A stretch of DNA of 64,000 bases. Source: an uncultured Planctomycetota bacterium. Lineage in GTDB: Bacteria; Planctomycetota; Planctomycetia; Isosphaerales; Isosphaeraceae. Below the pieces are notes generated by a model that searched no databases, was not told the DNA's origin, and saw only the letters and a list, made by a program, of their open reading frames with translations. A program made the translations under genes and the position numbers. Below are positions 1 through 11,258 of this stretch, piece after piece. Where the stretch lies: assembly GCA_963823665.1 (NCBI GenBank), contig CAWGMQ010000004.1, forward strand, positions 928,001-992,000. The letters are read 5' to 3'. Position 1 is the stretch's first letter; every line of letters begins with the position of its first letter.

Positions 1-87
1 CGATCATGATGTCGGAAGCTCACCATCCTGGCGGTTGAAATCCACGGCCTCATGGTAACGGGCGACCGTCGAGAATTCCATGCGTTT

Positions 88-1365
88 TCACCACGCAGGA
101 CGCGTCGCCAATTTCCCCGCCTTGACCTCGCCCCCCTGAATCACCGCGATAAACCGTGAGCGATCCTCCAGAATCGCGATATCAGCCACCACGTCCCCGT
201 CGACAACCAGCATGTCCGCCAGCTTCTCCGCCTCGAGCGTGCCAAATTCGTGGGCGCGCCCCATGATCTCCGCCCCAGTCTTGGTCGCGCACGTGATCGT
301 CTCCAGCGGCGTGAATCCCACATGCTTGACGAAAAACGTCAGCTCCTTCGCATAGTCACCATGTGGGTTCCACGCAAAGCCGTAATCACCCCCCATCCCC
401 AACCGTCCACCGGCCTTCAAGATCATCCGGGCGCTCTCGGCCCCTCCTTCAAGCGTTTCCTTGTGACCGTCCACGACCACCTGCGGCATGCCGAATCGCG
501 GCCCGACCTCGATGCTCGCATACTCGAACTGCAAGGCGGGCACGACCGGCGTGTTCCTTTCCAGCAGCAGCTCGAGCGCCTCGCTGTCCATGAAAGTCCC
601 GTGCTCGAGGCAGTCAAATCCGGCTCGCAGAGCATTCTTGATTCCCTGCGTCGCACGGCAATGCCCCGTCACCTTGCGACGATAATTGTGCGCCTCGGCC
701 ACCACCGCCGCCATCTCTTCAAAGGTCATGCACAGCGTGTGATGGTCGGCCGTGTCCGGCGCCGCGGCATCTCCGGTGGGATACGTCTTGATCCACTCGA
801 CCCCGTCCTTCACCAGTTTGCGCACGGCCGCCCGCGCCTGCTCGGGTCCGTTGATCAAGAGGATCAGCCCCTCCATCCCGAGCTTCAAGTGATCCGAGTT
901 CCAGTCCATGAGCCCGCCGGCTCCGCAAATCTCGCGTCCGTTTGCGGCCAGGCGCGGGCCCGGAATCAGGTCTTCCTCGATCGCCTTCTTCAGCCACACG
1001 TCAATGTTGTGCAGGCTCCCGCCGGATCGCGCGGCCGTGTAGCCGCACTCGAGAGCCAGCCTGGCATTGCAGGCCGCGAGAATCGTCACGTACTCGACAG
1101 GATATTTGATGTCCAGATCGGCCAGCTCCGCGACGTTAAAATACGTGGGATGAAAGTGCGCTTCCACCAGGCCAGGCATGATCGTCCCGCCCCGGGCATC
1201 AATCCGACGGGCATCGACCGGAACCGCCGGCGCACCCTTGGCCGGCCCGGCATAGACGATCCGGCCGTCCTTCGCCATGACCGTCCCATCAGTCAGCGGC
1301 GCCGTCCCGGTACCGTCCACCAGCCGCCCGTTCGCGATGCACAGTGTTCCCTGGGCCGTCTTCAT
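88..1365 (-). CDS. Metal-dependent amidohydrolase (prolidase-like subgroup)
   Basis: PGLVEAHFH metal motif, IKTY lysine, TGHC and LEHG histidines, GGDYG aspartate, C-terminal GTLEAEKLADMLVVDGD. Confidence 0.9.
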   Translation of the reverse strand: MKTAQGTLCIANGRLVDGTGTAPLTDGTVMAKDGRIVYAGPAKGAPAVPVDARRIDARGGTIMPGLVEAHFHPTYFNVAELADLDIKYPVEYVTILAACNARLALECGYTAARSGGSLHNIDVWLKKAIEEDLIPGPRLAANGREICGAGGLMDWNSDHLKLGMEGLILLINGPEQARAAVRKLVKDGVEWIKTYPTGDAAAPDTADHHTLCMTFEEMAAVVAEAHNYRRKVTGHCRATQGIKNALRAGFDCLEHGTFMDSEALELLLERNTPVVPALQFEYASIEVGPRFGMPQVVVDGHKETLEGGAESARMILKAGGRLGMGGDYGFAWNPHGDYAKELTFFVKHVGFTPLETITCATKTGAEIMGRAHEFGTLEAEKLADMLVVDGDVVADIAILEDRSRFIAVIQGGEVKAGKLATRPAW

Positions 1366-1461
1366 GGCTTAGCTCCATCAATCATATTGACGCCGCGTGG
1401 CGCAAGCCCATACGCTTCACTTACTCGCAAGATAGACGCATCAGCGACCCCCCGCAACCAA

Positions 1462-1483
1462 GTAGCTCGGGCTTTAGCCTGAC
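1462..1483. repeat. GTAG-type REP-like short hairpin, copy 1
   Basis: GTAGCTCGGGCTTTAGCCTGAC, intergenic; a similar copy lies at 10400-10422. Confidence 0.45.
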
Positions 1484-1547
1484 ATTGCTCAGAAGTCCCA
1501 CCTGCAAAACAGATTCCCGCATACTTCAATTACAAAAGGCGTTGTCG

Positions 1548-4500
1548 ATGCAACGTTTCGCCAATCATCTCCCGTCACCAGGCCTCCCGATCATTCTTGC
1601 ATGCCTCGTCCTGCTCGCTCCACCACAACCGCGCCTGCGGGCTGCTGAGCCTCAGAAGCCAATCCCGCCGACGCCCGAGCAAATTGCCGAATCCGCCCGC
1701 CGCCTCTTCGCCCGTGACAACCTGGTCGCCTGGTGCGTCGTTCCATTTGACAGCAAGAAGCGCAGTCCCGCAGACCGCGCGGCCATGCTCGAAGAACTCG
1801 GCTTCAAACATTTCGCCTACGACTGGCGCGCGGAGCACATTCCCAGCTTTGACGCCGAGGTCGAGGCGCTCGAGCGCAAAGATATCTCGCTCGATGCGTT
1901 CTGGGCTCCCGGCGAGCTCAACAACGACACCAGGATCATCCTCGACCTGCTCAAGCGCCACCACCTGAAAGCGCGACTCTGGGTGATGCTCGACCTGGGA
2001 CCAGACCGCGCAACCGGCGCCGAGCAAGAACGGCGGGTCGCCGCCGCCGCGGAAAAACTGCGACCACTCGCCGAAGAGGCCGCAAAGATCGGCTGCGCGC
2101 TCGCACTCTACAACCACGGCGGCTGGTTCGGTGAGCCAGAAAACCAGATCGCGATCATCGAACGATTGCAGACCGAGGATATCAACAACGTTGGCATGGT
2201 CTACAACCTTCACCACGGCCACGACCACCTCGACCGCTTCAAAACCTTGCTTGGAAAGATGCTGCCACATCTGCGCACGATCTGCCTCAACGGAATGGAC
2301 GTGCAAGGCGATCGCCACGGCCGCAAGATCTTGCCTCTGGGGCAGGGTGCCTTGGACCTCGAGCTGCTGCGCATCGATCTGCGCCAGCGGCTATAGCGGG
2401 CCGATCGGCATTCTCGGCCACACGGAGGACGACGCCCGAGAGCGACTGCAAGATAACCTCGACGGTCTCGACTGGCTCGTGCCCCAGCTCCAGGGCAACC
2501 CGCCAGGGCTCCGACCCAAGCCGCGCACGCCGGTTCCACCGCCGCCACCCCCCGCCAAAGAGAAAACCTCTGCCGCGCCAGCCTCAAGCTTCGACCCCTC
2601 ACAGATCGCGGGTCTGCTCGCTGAAGCAAGGTCCTCCGGCGACGGCAGCCGCGGCGCACTTCTTTTCGCATCGCCGAAGCTCGCGTGTCTCTCCTGCCAT
2701 CAGGTAGCAGGGCAGGGGGGCAACGTCGGGCCCGACCTCTCGACCGCCGGCGCTTGCTTGAAACCCGAAGAGATCGTCGAGTCCCTGCTCTGGCCGCGCC
2801 GTCAGGTCAAGGAAGGGTATAGCGCCTTCACCGTCGCCACCGCCGACGGCAAGATCCGTCAGGGATTCAAGCTCGGTGAGACGGGCGATCGCATCGAGTT
2901 TCGCGATCCCACCTCCGGAAGCCACTTCCAGATCAAGAGAGCCGAGATCGACGACCTTCGCGAAGATGGCTCGCTCATGCCCGAAGGGCTGGCCGAATCG
3001 ATGTCAAAGAGCGACCGCCGCGACCTCGTCCGCTTCCTGCTCGAGCTCGGCCGCCCGGAAGGCGAATCTGCCAGTGCGGCCCTGCGGCACTCTCACACCG
3101 TCGTCCAGTTTCCGTTCGATCGGGCACCCCTCGTTCCCGACCAGTGGCCCTCCTGGAAGCTGCCCGTAAACCGTGAACGCATCTACGACTTTTATACAAA
3201 AGAGGCCGATTACTTCCAGAAACAAAAAGAGCCGCTCCCGCTACTGCCGCAATTCCCCGGGCTCGACGGCGGCGTCGCGGGCCACTGGGGCAACCAGAAT
3301 GAAAACACATGGGCCGACGGACGCTGGAATCAGACCGACCTGGGAAGTCTGCTCTGCGGGATTTTCCGGGGCGCCGGCGTCACGGTGCCCAAAGGCGTCT
3401 GCGTGCGGCTTGGCGAAGAAGGCGAGCTCTCGGCCTGCTTCAACCCCGAGACTCTCTGCTACGAGGCGGTCTGGAAAGGCGGCTTCGTCAAGTTCTCGAA
3501 CGTGCGCCACGGCTTGATGGAAGGGCTTATTCTCGACGGCACTCCACTGCCTCGCCCGGAAGGCATGGCCCCTGCGCAGCCGTTCGTCTATCACGGGCTC
3601 TACCGCCACGGCAAGCGAGTCATCTTCTCCTACCGGATCGGAGAAACAGAATATCTTGACGCACCGTGGGTCGAGAACGGCAAGTTCCTCCGCCAGCTCG
3701 CCCCGGCTTCCGGCCATCCGCTCGCCGCATTCATCAAGGGAGGCCAGCCCCAGTGGTCGGCTCAAGTAGCAACCACGCGCGGAACACTTGGTCACGCCGG
3801 CTCCTGGCCCTACGTGATCGACACGATCGAGCCCCCGTTCGACAACCCCTGGAAAGCGCTCCTGTTCTTCAGCGGCCACGATTTTCTGCCCGATGGCTCC
3901 GCCATGCTCTGCACGATCCAGGGCGATGTCTGGCATGTGAGCTGTCTCGACGCTACGCTGGATAACGTGCGCTGGCGCCGCTATGCCAGCGGCCTGCATC
4001 AGGCGCTCGGGCTCGTCGTCGTCGGACGAGAAGTCTACGTCCTGGGCCGCGACCAGATCACCTGCCTGCATGACTCAAACGGCGACGGTGAAGCCGATTT
4101 TTATGAATGCTTCAGCAATGCTTACTCCACTTCCGTCGCGGGTCATGATTTCATCTGCGGCCTCGAGCGCGACGCTTCCGGCCGGTTCTACACGGCCTCG
4201 AGCAAGTTCGGACTGTTGCGAATCGCCGCGGATGGGCGCTCGCTTGAAACCATCGCGACCGGCTTTCGCAACCCCGACGGCCTCGGGCTTGCGCCTGATG
4301 GCACGATCACCGTCCCCAACTCGGAGGGTGAGTGGACCCCGGCCTCGATGATCTGCGAAGTGCGGCCCGGCGGCCACTACGGCTATAACGGCCCAATGAA
4401 CGGCCGCGCACCGGATCTGCCTCTGGTTTACATGCCGCGCGGGCTCGACAATTCAAGCGGCGGTCAGGTGACCGTCCCCGCCCGCGGGTTCGGCCCGCTC

Positions 4501-5579
4501 GCCGGTCAGCTCTTGCATTTCAGTTTTGGCACGGGCTCGCATTTCTTGATCTTGCGCGAGACGGTCAATGGCCAGCCCCAGGGTGCGGCCGTACCCTTGC
4601 CAGGCGAGTTTCTCTCCGGCGTGCACCGCGGCCGCTTTAGCCCCAAGGACGGCCAGCTCTACGTCACCGGAATGACTGGCTGGGGCTCGTACACCCCGGC
4701 CGACGGCTGCGTGCAGCGCGTGCGTTACACCGGCGGCCCCGCCCAGCTTCCAACAGCGTTTCACGCCCATGAAAACGGCATCCTGCTCACCTTCTCTCTT
4801 CCGCTCGACAAAAACATCGCCGAAGGCGCCGCTCACCACTTCGCGCAGGTGTGGAACTACCACTACGCGCCGAGTTACGGCTCACCCGAGCTCTCTACGC
4901 GCCACCCTGGTCAGCCCGGCCACGACGCGCTCGCGATCAAATCGGCCCACGTGCTTTCGGACGGCCGCACGCTCTTCCTCGAAATCCCCGAGCTCCAGCC
5001 CGTCAACCAGCTTCACCTGCATGTGCGCCCGGCTCGACCGCGCCCATCGACGTCTTCGCCACCGTGCACAACTTGTCTCCCGCGTTCACCGGCTTTCCCG
5101 GATATCATCCCGCGTCCAAGACCATCGCCGCCCATCCCATCCTCGCCGACATGGTGGCCCTGGCTCACCCTCCGGCGCCCAATCCCTGGCGCACCAGGAT
5201 CAGGGGTGCTCGCACCGTCACGATCGAGGTGGACAAGAACCTGAGCTACAAGTTGAGATCATTCGAAGCCAGGGCCGGCGAGGCGATTGAGCTCACGCTG
5301 AAGAACCCCGACGCCGTTCCGCACAACTGGGCCCTCGTGAAGCCCGGTACGCTCGCAAAAGTCGGCGACCTGGTGAACAAGATCATCGCCGAGCCCGACG
5401 CCGCGTCCCGGCATTACATCCCGCGCTCGAGCGACGTGCTCGTCTACACCGACATCGTCGGCCCGCAAGAGCAGTTCTCGATTCGCTTCCGCGCCCCCAA
5501 ATCCCCTGGCCGCTATCCCTATCTCTGCACGTTCCCCGGCCACTGGATGGTCATGAACGGCGAGATGATCGTGAAGTGA
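1548..5579 (+). CDS. Secreted multidomain protein: sugar-isomerase-like TIM barrel + PVC-type cytochrome c + DUF6797-like/beta-propeller + C-terminal cupredoxin (frameshifts at ~2376 and ~5029)
   Basis: Three ORFs join into one protein. Signal peptide; LYNHGGWFGEPENQ and YNLHHGH; CLSCH...GGNVGPDL...SLMPEG; GFRNPDG propeller region; PHNW...YLCTFPGHWMVM type-1 copper ligands. Confidence 0.8.
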
Positions 5580-5585
5580 CAAGGT

Positions 5586-7987
5586 TCATTTCAGGTCGAT
5601 CGTCACCTTCGCGATCTTCCCCGGAAACCGGAACGGCACGTCGTAGCTCTGGTCCAGCGGCGTGCCAGTGTCTTCGCCGATATCCAGGCTTTCATCCAGG
5701 CTGACTCGAACCGGAATCGTGTGACCGATCTGGCCCTGCGCGACGGCGGCTCCATCGACCGAGAGCACCGCCGTGCCACCCTTCCCCATCCCCCCGCCGT
5801 CGAAGGTGAAGTCGACCTTCACGCTGTGCTTTCCCGGCGCAAGCGCATCGTTGCCGGCAATCCGATAGTGAGCCACGTCGACAAAGTTGTAATGAAAAAC
5901 CGGCTTCCCCTTCTCGAGATAAAGCCCATATCCACCGAAGAAGCCGCCCTGGGTAATGATCATCCCCGACGCGTTTTCATCCGGCACCTCGACCAGACCG
6001 GTGATCGAAAACGACCGGTTCTTGATGTCAGGGCTCACCCCTTCCGGAATTCGCGTCATGCCCTCGTAGAACGTGAACGACGTTCGCCCGCGCGTCAGGC
6101 TCGGCCGGATCGCCGGGTCCATCCGCCCGGTGCGGCTGTTGTCGATCGGCAGCACATTGTACTTGGCTGCCTCCGCATAAAAACGGAGCTGCATGTCCTT
6201 GAGAACATCCGGGCGCTCGCCGCCAGATCGTCGGCCTGGCTGAAATCCTTGGCGACGTTGTATAGCTCCCACCGGTATCCTGTGATCGGATCCACGTTCG
6301 CGCTGTTGGGATCCCACGGTGCAATCGGCGGCGTCGTGCACGCCGTCCAGCCGTCGTGGTAGATCCCGCGATTGCCGAGCATCTCGAAATACTGCGTCGT
6401 CCGCCGCGGCGGTGCCGCCGGATCGTCGAACGTGTAGACCATGCTCACCCCTTCGATAGGCTTCTGCTCCGCGCCGTTGACCGAAGACGGGGCCCCGATT
6501 CCGGCCGCCTCCAGCAGCGTCGGGGCGATGTCGATTACATGGTGAAACTGGGAACGGAGGCCGCCCTTGTCCTTGATGCGCTTGGGCCACGAGATCACCA
6601 TGCCGTTGCGAGTGCCTCCAAAATGACTGGCGACTTGCTTGGTCCACTGGAACGGCGTGCACATCGCGTGCGCCCAGCCTACCGGGTAGTGATTGTACGT
6701 CTTCCAGGTTCCAAGCTCGTCCGCGCGAGAGAGAACCTGCTTGAGATCCTCGGGCACTCCATTGAAGAAGGTCAGCTCGTTGAGCAGGCCTTGCATGCTC
6801 CCTTCTGCGCTGGCGCCGTTGTCGCCGACGATGTAAACGACCAGCGTGTTCTCAAGCTGCCCCGTCTGTTCGATCGCATCAACCAGCCGGCCCACGTTGT
6901 GATCGGTCTGCTCCAGGTAGCCAGCGTAGATCTCCATCATCCGGGAATAGACCAGCTTTTGTTCGGCCGAGAGCGTATCCCACGCGGGAATTCCGTCGGG
7001 CCGCGCGGTGAGCTTCGCTTCGGCGGGAATCACGCCGATGGCCTTCTGGCGTGCAAACGTTTCTTCGCGCACCTTGTCCCATCCCTGGTCGAACTTCCCC
7101 TTGTACTTCGCGATCCATTCCTTGCGAGGATGGTGCGGCGCATGGGTTGCGCCCGGGGCGTAATACGCCAGGAACGGCCGGTCGGGCGAGATCGACTTCT
7201 GAGCCCGAATCCATTTGATCGCCTGATCCGCGAGATCATAATCGAGGTTGTAATCCGGTTTCCCCATATAGGGCTCGATCGGCTTCGTCCCCTCGTACGC
7301 GTTGGGCCGCCACTGGCTCGTGTCGCCGCCGATGAATCCGTAGAAATGCTCAAACCCTAGCCCGTTCGGCCAGAGGTCAAAAGGCCCGTTCTGGCTGGTG
7401 TGCCAATCCGGAACGTTGTGGTTCTTGCCGAACCAGGACGTGTTATACCCGCTCTGTTTCAAAATCTCGGCCACGGTCGCCGTGTCCTTCCCCATCAGCG
7501 TGTCGTAGCCGGGAAAACCGGTCCCCCCCTCCATGATGCAGCCCGTATGCACCGAGTGGTGGTTGCGCCCGGTCAGCAGCGCGGCGCGCGTGGGCGAGCA
7601 CAGAGCCGTCGTATGGAAGCGGTTGTAGCGCAGCCCGTTCCTGGCCAGCCTTTCGGCGGTTGGGGTGTTGCAGGGCCCGCCGAATGTGCTCGCCGCGCCG
7701 AATCCAACGTCGTCGAGCAAAACGAGCAGGATGTTGGGCGCGCCCGACGGAGCGTGCACTGGAACTGGAAAGTCGGACTTCGAATCCTTGGCCCGCAGGT
7801 CGATGCGCCCCCGGAAGGGCTCCGGCGGCCGCGGCAAGACCGAGCCGCCGCCGTCTTGCCCGGACTGCTCCGCTTCTGCTCGAGCCACCAGAGCGCCAGG
7901 CGACTCGCTTCGCGGTCCCATGAAGCCGATCGCACACGCCAGAGCCACGACCAGCGCCCAGGTCAGCCCGTTTCGACCGCTCATCAT
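5586..7987 (-). CDS. Arylsulfatase (frameshift at ~6218)
   Basis: PNILLVLLDDVGFG, CSPTRAALLTGR, GKNH, GDNG; the C-terminal beta domain continues in the ORF ending at 5586. Confidence 0.9.
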
Positions 7988-8233
7988 CTTTCACCCCCTG
8001 AAGAAATCCCAGATCGCGGACCATCTTAGACGGCCTTGCGCTCTGGATCAACACGTTCGTCATTGCGCGCTTTACAACAGATTACGCATTTATATATGAG
8101 AGATAATCAGCTAAAACACACCAAGAGAGCAACCGTCTGGACCTTGTTCCGGCAGCCGGGGAAACACCGTCGTATCGGGTGCCCTCAGGGTGTATGATCT
8201 TTATGGATCACACCACCCCGAGGAGGCTCTCAC

Positions 8234-9268
8234 ATGAACCGCCGTCGCTTTCTCGCCGCTTCGGCGACAACGTCCGCGCTTGCCGCTGCTGCCTCAGCAA
8301 GCGCACGCCCCCCAAAAGACCTCAAAGTCGTCATCCCCCCGACGAAGCCCGACGAGCTCGCAGAGCTGAAGACCGTCGCCCCTTCCGTTCGGCTGGTCGA
8401 GTGCCAGAACGAGCAGGAGGCCGTCGCACAGATCGCTGATGCCGACGCGAGCTACGCGTTCATCTCTCCGGCCATTATCCGCGCCGGCAAATCGCTGCGG
8501 TGGGTTCAACAGCCCAGCGCCGGCGTCGAGCACCTGATGGAGATCCCCGAACTGGTCGAGAGCGACATCATTCTGACCAACATGCAGCGAGCCTACGGTC
8601 CGGAGATTGCCGACCAGGCGATCGGCTACCTGCTCTGCTTCACCCGCAGTCTGACCCACTTCGTGCGCGCCCAATCGAAAGAAGAGTGGCGCTCAAACGG
8701 GCCCGGGGTGGTACTCGATGAGCTGGCGGGCAAGACCCTCCTGGTGATCGCCCTGGGCGGAATCGGCAGCGAGATCGCCAGGCGGGCCGCCGCGTTCGGC
8801 ATGCGCGTCCTGGCCACAGATCCCAAAGTCCTCGAGCGCCCGCCGTTCGTCGAAGATCTCCATCGGCCCGATGCGTTCTCGTCTTTATTGCCCCGGGCCG
8901 ACGTCGTGGCCAGCGCCGTCCCTTTGACCAGGGAAACGCGAAGGATGATTGGCGCCCCGCAGTTCGCCATGATGAAACCGGGCGTCATTCTGATCAATGT
9001 TTCTCGAGGCGGCGTGATTGACACTGACGCGTTGGTCCAGGCGCTCGACAGCAAGCGAGTCGCCGCCGCCGGGCTTGACGTGACCGACCCCGAGCCGCTC
9101 CCCAAGGGCCACCCGCTCTGGTCGCGCAACGTGATCATCACCCCCCACAGCGCCGGCCAGTCACCCGGCGGGGACCGACGAAGGCACGAATATTTCCGCG
9201 AAAACCTCAGGCGCTTTGCTGCCGGTGAAATGCTGCTTAACATCGTCGACAAGAAAGCCGGATACTGA
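8234..9268 (+). CDS. D-2-hydroxyacid dehydrogenase with Tat signal peptide
   Basis: MNRRRFLAA...ASA; ALGGIG Rossmann motif, INVSRGG, DVTDPEP, TPHSAG; GAGGAGG RBS. Confidence 0.9.
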   Translation: MNRRRFLAASATTSALAAAASASARPPKDLKVVIPPTKPDELAELKTVAPSVRLVECQNEQEAVAQIADADASYAFISPAIIRAGKSLRWVQQPSAGVEHLMEIPELVESDIILTNMQRAYGPEIADQAIGYLLCFTRSLTHFVRAQSKEEWRSNGPGVVLDELAGKTLLVIALGGIGSEIARRAAAFGMRVLATDPKVLERPPFVEDLHRPDAFSSLLPRADVVASAVPLTRETRRMIGAPQFAMMKPGVILINVSRGGVIDTDALVQALDSKRVAAAGLDVTDPEPLPKGHPLWSRNVIITPHSAGQSPGGDRRRHEYFRENLRRFAAGEMLLNIVDKKAGY

Positions 9269-9355
9269 ATTCCTTCGTGGAGCGGGTTGACATCGCTCTT
9301 ACGCGCGTAGTAGCCTCGTGTGCAATACATGTCCCTTCGTGATACGAGGTGCCAG

Positions 9356-10392
9356 ATGACGCGTGCAGCTCATAAAAACACTGTGAGAGGATTCGTTCTC
9401 GCTACCACCATGACGTTCGCCTGGGCCGGCTGCGCATGCGCGGCCGACACGGTCGTCGTCTACTCAGCTCTCGATCGAGAGTTCTCTGAGCCGCTCCTGA
9501 ACGCGTACGAAAAATCGAGTGGCGCACGGGTGCTTTCCAAGTTTGACGTCGAGAGCACCAAGACCGTTGGCCTGACGAACCTGATCATCGCCGAGGCCGC
9601 CCGCCCGCGCTGTGACCTCTTCTGGAACAATGAGATCTTGAACACGCTTCGGCTCAAGGAAAAAGGCTTGCTCGCCCCGTTTCATCCCAGCCGGGCCGAT
9701 GACATCCCCGCGACCTTCAAGGACAAGGACGGCTTGTGGTACGGCTTCGCCGCCCTGCGCGGATCATCATCGTCAATACCACGCTCGTCCCGCAGGCCGA
9801 TCGCCCCAAGGGCATCCGCGATCTTCTCAACCCGAAGTGGAAGGGAAAAATCGGAATCGCCAAGCCGCTCTTCGGCACCACGGCAACCCACGCAGCCTGC
9901 CTCTTCGCTGCCTGGGGCGATCAGAAGGCCAAGGCGTATTTTCATGACCTGAAAGCCAACGGCGTGCAAGTCTTCTCGGGCAACAAGCAGGTCGCCACCG
10001 CCGTCGGCTCCGGCCAGATTGCCTTCGGCATGACCGACACCGACGACGCGATGGGCGAGATCGAAGCCGGCAGCCCCGTGGCGATCGTCTACCCGGACCG
10101 CGGCGAAGGCGAGATCGGCACATTGTTCATCCCCAACACGCTCGCGATCATGAAGGGATCGCCTCACAAAAAGGCCGCGGAGGCGCTCGCCGATCACCTC
10201 TTGTCCCCCACCGTCGAGTCAGCACTCGCACGCGGGCCAAGCGCCCAGATCCCGCTGCTCAAGAGCACGCAAGCTCAGGCGCGGGTCGAGACTCCCAGGA
10301 CTGTCCACGCGATGGAAGCCGACTTCCCCGCCGCGGCGAAGATCTGGGACAAGGTCGCCGCGTTTCTGACCTCCGAGTTCGCGACGGAGTGA
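9356..10392 (+). CDS. ABC transporter substrate-binding protein, iron/polyamine-like (frameshift at ~9755)
   Basis: VVVYSALDREF, CDLFWNNE, GIAKPLFGTTATH, TDTDD, LFIPNT. Confidence 0.8.
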
Positions 10393-10399
10393 ACATTCG

Positions 10400-10422
10400 C
10401 TAGCTCAGGCTTTCAGCCTCAC
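10400..10422. repeat. GTAG-type REP-like short hairpin, copy 2
   Basis: CTAGCTCAGGCTTTCAGCCTCAC just after a stop codon; resembles 1462-1483. Confidence 0.4.
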
Positions 10423-10500
10423 GTCCATTTATAATACATTGCCTGCGAAGCGGATCGTTCCGCTAATACCACGCAGAAGCACGCTCAGGGAGAGCATAAT

Positions 10501-11148
10501 ATGAACACGCGGCAACTCCGGTCGGCGATTGTGATTCCCGTTCTCTGCTCGAGCGCCATCTCATTGGGCGCGGCTACACTGCGAGACGGCGGCAAGCGAT
10601 CGTGGTACTTTGAGTCCGACTCGCCCGGCGCAATCGCGAGCGGGTTCACGAACGTCGTCGGCGATTGGGAGGTTGCCAAGGAGGGAGAGAACCGCGTTCT
10701 TCACCAGAAAGCCAAGAGTGAGGATTCCACGTTCAACGTCGCGCTCGTAGAAAGCACGAGCTACAAGGACGTCGACCTGAGCGTGAAGCTCAGGGCCGTT
10801 GCCGGCGAAAACGACCGCGGCGGCGGCGTGATCTGGCGGGTTAAGGACAAGAAGAACTACTACGTCTGTCGTTATAACCCACTCGAAGACAACTTCCGCG
10901 TCTACAAGGTCGCCGACGGAATCCGCACCATGTTCAAGGGGGCCAAGGCGCCCGGCGACGAGAAATGGCACTTCCTCCGCGTGACCATGGTCGGATCCAA
11001 GATCACCTGCTTCCTGGACGGTCAGAAGCTGCTCGAGGCCGAGGATGCAACGTTTGCCGAGGCGGGCATGATCGGCCTCTGGACCAAGGCCGATGCACAA
11101 TCGTATTTTGACGATTTGACGGTGACTGACAGCGTCCAGCAACCGTAG
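10501..11148 (+). CDS. Secreted ConA-like/DUF1080-type (3-keto-disaccharide hydrolase-like) protein
   Basis: Signal peptide; DRGGGVIWR..NYYVCRYN; WHFLRVTMVGSKITCFLDG; GMIGLWTKADAQSYFDD. Confidence 0.7.
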   Translation: MNTRQLRSAIVIPVLCSSAISLGAATLRDGGKRSWYFESDSPGAIASGFTNVVGDWEVAKEGENRVLHQKAKSEDSTFNVALVESTSYKDVDLSVKLRAVAGENDRGGGVIWRVKDKKNYYVCRYNPLEDNFRVYKVADGIRTMFKGAKAPGDEKWHFLRVTMVGSKITCFLDGQKLLEAEDATFAEAGMIGLWTKADAQSYFDDLTVTDSVQQP

Positions 11149-11179
11149 TCGCGCCCACGCCTCGCGGTCACCCTTGTTC

Positions 11180-11224
11180 GGTGCGGGTCTCCAGACCCCG
11201 CCGTCCCCACGACCGAAGGTCTCC
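11180..11224. repeat. REP-like element in a convergent intergenic gap
   Basis: GCGGGTCTCCAGACCCCGC hairpin followed by CGACCGAAGGTCTCC. Confidence 0.45.
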
Positions 11225-11258
11225 CGCGGCCACAGGCGCCGCCCGTGCAGCGCGCCAT

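Noticed and set aside
250..1482. Long antisense or alternative-frame ORFs (also 6356-7360, 28235-29554, 29733-31103, 38065-39279, 53870-55639)
   Set aside because: They shadow well-supported genes in high-GC DNA and show no protein motifs
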